Shown one piece after another: positions 58,467 through 64,000 of a DNA stretch of 64,000 nt. Within the stretch, counting starts at the first letter, position 1; the number at the start of each line of letters is the position of its first letter. Both the position numbers and the translations under genes were made by a program. This DNA comes from an uncultured Spirochaetota bacterium (lineage in GTDB: Bacteria > Spirochaetota > Brevinematia > Brevinematales > JAOACQ01). Location of the stretch: the NCBI GenBank assembly GCA_963768055.1, contig CAVYGN010000001.1, positions 1,280,001 through 1,344,000 on the forward strand, read 5' to 3'. The notes below the pieces were generated by a model. That model saw only the letters and a program-made list of their open reading frames with translations. It was not told the DNA's origin and did no database searches.

Positions 58467-59888
58467 ATGTTCAGTGATCTGGTCAAAATTCAGGACGATC
58501 TTCTTATAGCATTTTCATCTATCATCGTCTTAATACTTGCAGGAATAATAATAATGACTCTTCGTAATCTTTTCCTGCACCAGTCCATCGAAAGATCGTT
58601 AATGTCAAAGTTGAAGGCTAAGAAGTATAATGAAGTGATTGACCTTGCAAGAGAGTTCATGAACAATAAAAAATCACGGGGGAAAAGGACGGGCCTGTTC
58701 GTTTTATATTATCTCGCCCAGGCTTACGAATCCATCGATTCCCTTAATAACGCGTTAAAATACTTTACCGAAGCTTCGCTTCAGGCGCCTAATTATAAAA
58801 AATTGTATTCATCCATCCTCCTCCATATGGCGAAACTTTCCTCCAGGCTTGGAAAGCATAAGGACTCTCTTGCTAATTATATGATGTTACTGGAGAAAGA
58901 CCCTGAAAATGTCGAAGCGATGTATGAAGTCGCCCTGGTCTATTACAGGAATAAAAGCCTTAAAAAAGCCAGGGAATGTCTTGAAAATGTACTGAAAAGG
59001 AGAAGCGGCATCATTGAGGCTAGAATTTTATACGGTAAAATATTATTCGATACCGGTATTTACCAGTCTGCCCTCAAACAGTTCAATCTTCTGGAGAAGT
59101 ATGATCCGGCCAACTATGAAATAATTTATTACAAGGCAAAATGTTTCGAGAATATGAAAAAATATACTGAGGCTATAAAGGCCTATCAATTCATTCTCGG
59201 ACATGAATGGAAGGGAGCTGTTTTGGACAGGGATACAAAGCCTCTTATTGAGGTAAGGGAACAATCCCAGATTTCAGTGATCAATCTTTACATAAAGATA
59301 AAAGATTATCATTCGGGAATTTATTATGTATCGGAATACCTTTCGCTTCCTTCATCCGAAGAAACAAAAACAGAGCTTATTTACCTTTACGCCAATCTGT
59401 TATGGAACACAGGCGAGGAATACCAGGCGTTGAAAAATTTCGAAAGGATATACATGATGAACGCCGGCTATAAGGATGTTGAAATCATGTACGAGCGTTA
59501 TAAAAAAATACTTCCTCATTCCTACCTGAAATCGTATTTCACCTCAAATGAAGGGGGTGAAGGCAAGGATTTCGATTCAGTATGCAAAAAGATCCTTTCA
59601 AGGCACATTTTCAAGCTGATGTACAGGCATATCGATTATTATATCTACGAGAAGGGGGTATTTTACGTTGTTTTTTACAGGCACATCGAACCTATCCCTT
59701 TCAGTAAGCTTACGGATATCGAAATAATGCTGAACAGTTTTCAGACAAAGCCGCAGAATATTGAAATTTATTCACTTTCCGGTATTATGGATGACGCTGT
59801 AACGCATTACCTGCTGAAAAATTCCCGATTGATCGAGGGTGAGGAGTTTATCGGCACTATAAAAAAAGTGACCCAGCAGGCAAAATAA
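58467..59888 (+). CDS. Membrane-anchored TPR protein
   Basis: N-terminal TM followed by multiple TPR-like repeats. Confidence 0.8.
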   Translation: MFSDLVKIQDDLLIAFSSIIVLILAGIIIMTLRNLFLHQSIERSLMSKLKAKKYNEVIDLAREFMNNKKSRGKRTGLFVLYYLAQAYESIDSLNNALKYFTEASLQAPNYKKLYSSILLHMAKLSSRLGKHKDSLANYMMLLEKDPENVEAMYEVALVYYRNKSLKKARECLENVLKRRSGIIEARILYGKILFDTGIYQSALKQFNLLEKYDPANYEIIYYKAKCFENMKKYTEAIKAYQFILGHEWKGAVLDRDTKPLIEVREQSQISVINLYIKIKDYHSGIYYVSEYLSLPSSEETKTELIYLYANLLWNTGEEYQALKNFERIYMMNAGYKDVEIMYERYKKILPHSYLKSYFTSNEGGEGKDFDSVCKKILSRHIFKLMYRHIDYYIYEKGVFYVVFYRHIEPIPFSKLTDIEIMLNSFQTKPQNIEIYSLSGIMDDAVTHYLLKNSRLIEGEEFIGTIKKVTQQAK

Positions 59889-59923
59889 TACGTCCATACA
59901 AAGCTTCAAACCGAATCGGATTG

Positions 59924-59994
59924 GAACCACAGATTCCACTGATGGCACAGATTAAAATTTTGGATGTTTCTGTGTAATCATAATCTAATTATTA
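59924..59994 (+). repeat. Left end (L) of 9-mer-bracketed cassette B
   Basis: gaaccacagattccactgatggcacagatt...ctaattatta; first 30 bp match 44997-45026 at 29/30. Confidence 0.8.
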
Positions 59995-60070
59995 ATATCG
60001 AGTGTGAATTTTCACAAATATACAGTCACGGAGTTTTATTTATATATCAATCTTAATTAAGGGCCAGATA

Positions 60071-60488
60071 ATGACTATCTCATCCGAATCTTAACAGCAA
60101 TTGGTCTTGGGAGTATTTTAGGAGCTTATTTTCAAAACAGATTCCAATATAAGAAAGAATTAAAAAAGAAGAATATGAATGGAAACACACAAGATATGGT
60201 GCTATAGTAATTCAAATGCTAACAATTCTACAGTTTGATAAACATGGAACAAGATTTACAAGAAAGCATCGCCAAGATTTGAATACTATTGAAGATTTTG
60301 TTGATGAACTTAAAACAGAACTTTTACACGGGATTATATTTGCGAATGACCAAGTAATAACCACTATATCTGAGTTTATTAAGAAAAAAGACTACAACTC
60401 TTATATAAAGGCCGTTATTGCTAAACGAAAAGATTTATGGGGTAAAAAAACAAAAATTACAGAAGAAATATTAAAAGATATAATCTGA
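60071..60488 (+). pseudogene. Frameshifted AT-rich membrane-anchored hypothetical gene (cargo of cassette B)
   Basis: Frame DYLIRILTAIGLGSILGAYFQNRFQYKKELK shifts in an A-run near 60162 into EEYEWKHTRYGAIVIQMLTILQ... (ORF 60216-60488). Confidence 0.6.
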
Positions 60489-60628
60489 ATTATTTTGCTT
60501 TATCAAGTACATAGTTCCGCAATTTTATTAATGAATAATTTCTTCGAAACTCTCTGTGAATTTATTTCATTTTGTAAAAAATTCTTAGTGTTCTTTGTTA
60601 TGAGGACATAATTTCAGTTGTAATTTTA

Positions 60629-60677
60629 TATGGATTTCACAGAAAACATCCGTGAAATCTGTGAAATCTGTGGTTAC
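60629..60677 (+). repeat. Right end (R) of cassette B
   Basis: tatggatttcacagaaaacatccgtgaaatctgtgaaatctgtggttac. Confidence 0.8.
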
Positions 60678-60795
60678 ATTTATTTTTCAGATCCAAAATT
60701 CAATTGGGTTTCTATAATAAAAAGGATAGGCATTAAATTGAAATCCGATAATTTTTATAGTATACTTATTTTGAATAAACATTTCGGGGCTATAA

Positions 60796-61422
60796 ATGCG
60801 GCACCTGATTTTAATAATCCTTGGAGTAATGCTATTTGCCTGTTGCACACCGGCAAAAAAACCGGAAACAACAGTAACATATCAAAAACGCCTGCTGGTC
60901 GCTGTCGGCGATATACAGAATCAGACGGACGATACAAATTACGATTCCATCCTGGATCCTCTTACCGGGAGTTTTATAGATGCGCTGCAAAAAACCGGAT
61001 GTTTCCGGCTTGTCGAACGCCAGCGGCTAAAAAGCGTTTTGGAAGAATTGAAACTCGGAATGGCCGGATTGACCGATCCCTCGCAAAGCAAGGAGATTGG
61101 AAAACTCCTGGGAGTCGATGCGATCCTGTTAATAGATCTTACATCCGTCGTTTATGAAAATGACAAAAAAAGCGTAGGCAGCTTCATCGAACGCGGCAGC
61201 GAAACATTCAAGGTAATTTCGGATGCACGTCTTGTGGCAGTAGATACAGGAGAGATTTACGCTTCATCAAGCCATTCAGTCACATTGGAGAACTCATATG
61301 AAAAGGTCGGGAGTATTATGAACGGCCAGATGGCGGATAAGAAAGCCATGGTACAGGAAGCGATGCAGAAATCGGTTGAATTCCTGGCCCATGATATAAG
61401 CAGCCAGGTCCCTAGAAATTGA
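60796..61422 (+). CDS. CsgG/HfaB-like lipoprotein
   Basis: Lipobox LFAC, FRLVERQRLKSVLEE, IGKLLGVDAIL, ARLVAVDTGEI. Confidence 0.85.
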   Translation: MRHLILIILGVMLFACCTPAKKPETTVTYQKRLLVAVGDIQNQTDDTNYDSILDPLTGSFIDALQKTGCFRLVERQRLKSVLEELKLGMAGLTDPSQSKEIGKLLGVDAILLIDLTSVVYENDKKSVGSFIERGSETFKVISDARLVAVDTGEIYASSSHSVTLENSYEKVGSIMNGQMADKKAMVQEAMQKSVEFLAHDISSQVPRN

Positions 61423-61730
61423 TACGTCAACTATTCGGAATTACAAGTATCGCTTAGCAGAATACCGAATTCATCCCCTCCGATACGCGAAATAATATCA
61501 TTTTCACGTACACTTTAATATCGCTTTTATCATTAGAGCACCTTCGATCCTACAATCAGCATAAAATGAGACAAAATAATAGTCAATAATAAAAAAACGG
61601 GAATTTAATTTATTAAAAAAATAAAAATTTGTAAAATGTTTGATTATTTATTAAATTAATTAAGGGTTTCAAGTACCCTGCAGGCGCAAACATATCTGCA
61701 GGCTACAATTTAGAATGCCGATAATATAAA

Positions 61731-61840
61731 GGGCGCTTCTAAAAACCTTCGGATAGGAAGCGCCCATAGGGCATGCATATAGAGTTAAGCAGAAGCATGT
61801 TATAACAAATGGTAATATTCTTGAGATATTAGAACTGCCC
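61731..61840. mobile_element. 110-bp GGGC-ended MITE-like element (subfamily A)
   Basis: TIR gggcgcttcta/tagaactgccc; taaa on both flanks; near-identical inverted copy at 47203-47312. Confidence 0.85.
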
Positions 61841-61867
61841 TAAAGAATTTTATTATGGAATATAAAG

Positions 61868-63898
61868 ATGAGCTTCGGCAATATTGTAAGTCCGGTTAAT
61901 ACCGGTCAAAGTTTAACGGAATTTTTCGAAGAAATACCGTTTCCGGTACTGAGGATCTCCAGGGATGGCGTCATTTTAAAGGCTAACAAGGGCAGCTGGA
62001 TCATATTATCATACTGGCAGAGGGATGAAGGGCAGGCTGTTCCTCCGGAATTTATGGAAATTCTGAATAAATCCATCCAAATTGAATCCAACAATGAAAT
62101 AGAATTACAGATCGGATTTAAAATATTCTTACTTGCAATTGTATCCGTATCAAATAGCGGTTATATCGATCTTTTCGGTTTTGATATAACGCAAAGAAAA
62201 CAGATCGAAAAAAAACTTCAGCTTAACGCTCAGGTTTTTGAATCCGCGACTGAAGCGATCATGATTACCGATACCGACCAGCGAATCCTGGATGTAAACA
62301 ACGCATTCTGTAATATTACCGGCTATGAACGCGAAGAGATCCTGGGTGAAAATGCAAGAATTCTTCAGTCGGGAAAGCATAGTCCTGAATTTTATCAGGA
62401 ATTATGGAATTCGGTCAATGAGAAGGGAAGCTGGCAGGGAGAGATATGGGACCGTAAGAAAAACGGGGATATTTATCCGAAATTGCTTACGATCAGTTCA
62501 GTGGTCAATGAAGAAGGCAAGGTCATAAGATATGTCGGATTGTTTTCGGATATCAGCGTTATGAAGGAATCGGAAGAAAAACTCTATCATATGGCTAACT
62601 TTGACGTTCTTACCGGTCTCGTTAACCGGAGATATTTCCAGGATCAGCTTGAAAAAAATCTGCAGCATGCAAGAAGATTGAAAGATCTGCTGGCCTTGAT
62701 GTTTATAGACCTGGATGGTTTTAAACTTCTCAATGATAATTTCGGGCATCAAGCCGGAGATCAGACCCTACGCATCGTTTCCGAAAGGCTAGTGGGAAGT
62801 GTAAGGGACACGGATATTGTAGCCAGAATGGGGGGAGACGAATTTACTATAATACTTCCCTTTATCAAAAGCTCTCAAAATATTGTGACGATTGCCGAAA
62901 AAATCCTTAAACATATCATTCAGCCTTTAAAACTTAAAAACGCCGAACTTTTTATTAGCGCAAGTATCGGGATCGCGATTTTTCCCAACGATGCAAAAAG
63001 CGCCGAAGAATTGGTCCAGAATGCCGATGCCGCCCTATACAGGGCAAAGCAGATAGGAAAAAACCTTTACCAGTTTTTTTCTCCCGAAATGAATAAATAT
63101 GTAAAAAACAGGTTGTCAATCCAGACAAAGCTGCGTCATGCCCTGGAGAAAAATCAATTCAGAATATATTATCAGCCTCAATACGATATTAAGAATAATT
63201 GCATTATAGGGATGGAATCCCTTTTACGGTGGAAAACGGGAAGCAACAATTTCATTGATCCCGATTATTTTATCCCAATTGCCGAAGAAACAGGCCTGAT
63301 TAACGAAATCGGGGAGTTTGTCCTTCGTCATGCCTGTGAGCAGGGGAAAAAATGGCTGGATGAAGGACTTTTGCATATTCCAATATCCGTCAATATATCG
63401 GTTATCCAATTACGCCGTCCCGAATTTATAAAAAAAATAAAATCGATCATTAAAGAATCCGGTTTCCCTCCTGACAAACTTGAATTCGAGCTTACCGAAA
63501 CGATCCTCATTGAAAATGTCGGAGATATTCAGAATAAGCTGGGAGAGCTTAAATTATTGGGATGCTCGATAGTAATCGACGACTTTGGGACAAAATATTC
63601 ATCATTCTCTTATTTAAAGATCCTTCCGATAGATAAATTGAAGATCGATAGATCTTTTATTCAGGATATTACGGAGAACGCTAAAAGCGCGGATATTGTA
63701 AAGGCAATTATCGCCATGGGCCGAAACCTGAAATTGACGGTTATTACGGAAGGAGTTGAAACTCAGGAACAGATCGATTTTTTAAGGGAGAACGGATGTT
63801 TTTATATACAGGGTTTTTATTTCAGCAATCCTGTTCCTGCTCCGCAGATCCGCAATCTATTGCTTTGTGAAAAACGAACCGCCAAGGGAGGGTCTTAG
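61868..63898 (+). CDS. PAS-PAS-GGDEF-EAL protein
   Basis: PAS (ITGYEREEILGEN, WQGEIW), RMGGDEF, MESLLRW, DDFGTKYSS, EGVET. Confidence 0.92.
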   Translation: MSFGNIVSPVNTGQSLTEFFEEIPFPVLRISRDGVILKANKGSWIILSYWQRDEGQAVPPEFMEILNKSIQIESNNEIELQIGFKIFLLAIVSVSNSGYIDLFGFDITQRKQIEKKLQLNAQVFESATEAIMITDTDQRILDVNNAFCNITGYEREEILGENARILQSGKHSPEFYQELWNSVNEKGSWQGEIWDRKKNGDIYPKLLTISSVVNEEGKVIRYVGLFSDISVMKESEEKLYHMANFDVLTGLVNRRYFQDQLEKNLQHARRLKDLLALMFIDLDGFKLLNDNFGHQAGDQTLRIVSERLVGSVRDTDIVARMGGDEFTIILPFIKSSQNIVTIAEKILKHIIQPLKLKNAELFISASIGIAIFPNDAKSAEELVQNADAALYRAKQIGKNLYQFFSPEMNKYVKNRLSIQTKLRHALEKNQFRIYYQPQYDIKNNCIIGMESLLRWKTGSNNFIDPDYFIPIAEETGLINEIGEFVLRHACEQGKKWLDEGLLHIPISVNISVIQLRRPEFIKKIKSIIKESGFPPDKLEFELTETILIENVGDIQNKLGELKLLGCSIVIDDFGTKYSSFSYLKILPIDKLKIDRSFIQDITENAKSADIVKAIIAMGRNLKLTVITEGVETQEQIDFLRENGCFYIQGFYFSNPVPAPQIRNLLLCEKRTAKGGS

Positions 63899-63900
63899 CG

Positions 63901-64000
63901 ATGAAAACCGAATTTAACCAGATTATCAACCCTGACTGGAATGAAATCGATCGCCTTTATAATGCGGCCAACGATTTTTTCTTTTCCTATTTTAATGCCG
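63901..64000 (+). CDS. Start of an unidentified protein (partial)
   Basis: GGAGG RBS, ATG 2 nt after the upstream stop, MKTEFNQIINPDWNEIDRL... open to window end. Confidence 0.6.
   Translation, partial: MKTEFNQIINPDWNEIDRLYNAANDFFFSYFNA

Noticed and set aside
44997..60677. 9-mer and heptamer repeats as a CRISPR array
   Set aside because: No regularly spaced 25-45-bp direct repeats with unique spacers and no cas genes
60630..61157. 175-aa ORF beginning MDFTENIREICEICG (apparent CxxC)
   Set aside because: The N-terminus is just the translated right-end repeat, and the rest overlaps the csgG-like gene in another frame
61717..61724. GCCGATAA sigma28 -10 box (also on the minus strand at 47703-47710)
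   Set aside because: No TAAA-like -35 element at the expected spacing in either case
90..63510. Numerous 60-190-aa ORFs antisense to or nested in identified genes (e.g. 5809-6342, 29130-29702, 46446-47024)
   Set aside because: Shadow ORFs of well-supported genes, with no motifs of their own

Overview
Bacterial chromosomal window, most likely a spirochaete (inference from the flagellar proteins, a double-cNMP CRP-like protein and overall gene content). The core genes are blaI/blaR-like, mcsA-mcsB-clpC, murG, the flgBC-fliEFGHI operon, trpS-scpAB-pheA-GH57-miaB, cimA-murI-ribH-nusB-maf, and several c-di-GMP and PP2C signalling genes. The accessory DNA has three parts. (1) An AT-rich island at about 28.1-34.1 kb carries a strongly promoted small membrane protein and a coupled Schlafen/AlbA_2-HATPase gene plus a homing-endonuclease-repeat/PD-(D/E)XK-like nuclease gene. 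The nuclease gene is split by a 2535-bp IS21-family element with a 7-bp target duplication and can be rebuilt in frame. (2) Two unrelated AT-rich cargo segments (45.0-46.1 kb and 59.9-60.7 kb) are each bracketed by the same left and right 9-mer inverted-repeat ends (AACCACAGAT...ATCTGTGGTT), which suggests a cassette-like system. (3) Three further intergenic repeat families are present (GGGC-ended MITE-like elements, TGTCATTTCG palindromes, heptamer arrays); the first two share small hairpin modules. Other oddities are an McsB lacking key catalytic motifs, an acyltransferase+GNAT pair that may make amino-lipids, and an exported TPR-like gene with an in-frame TGA. No rRNA, tRNA or CRISPR array was seen. 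Domain calls come from motif recognition, not database searches.
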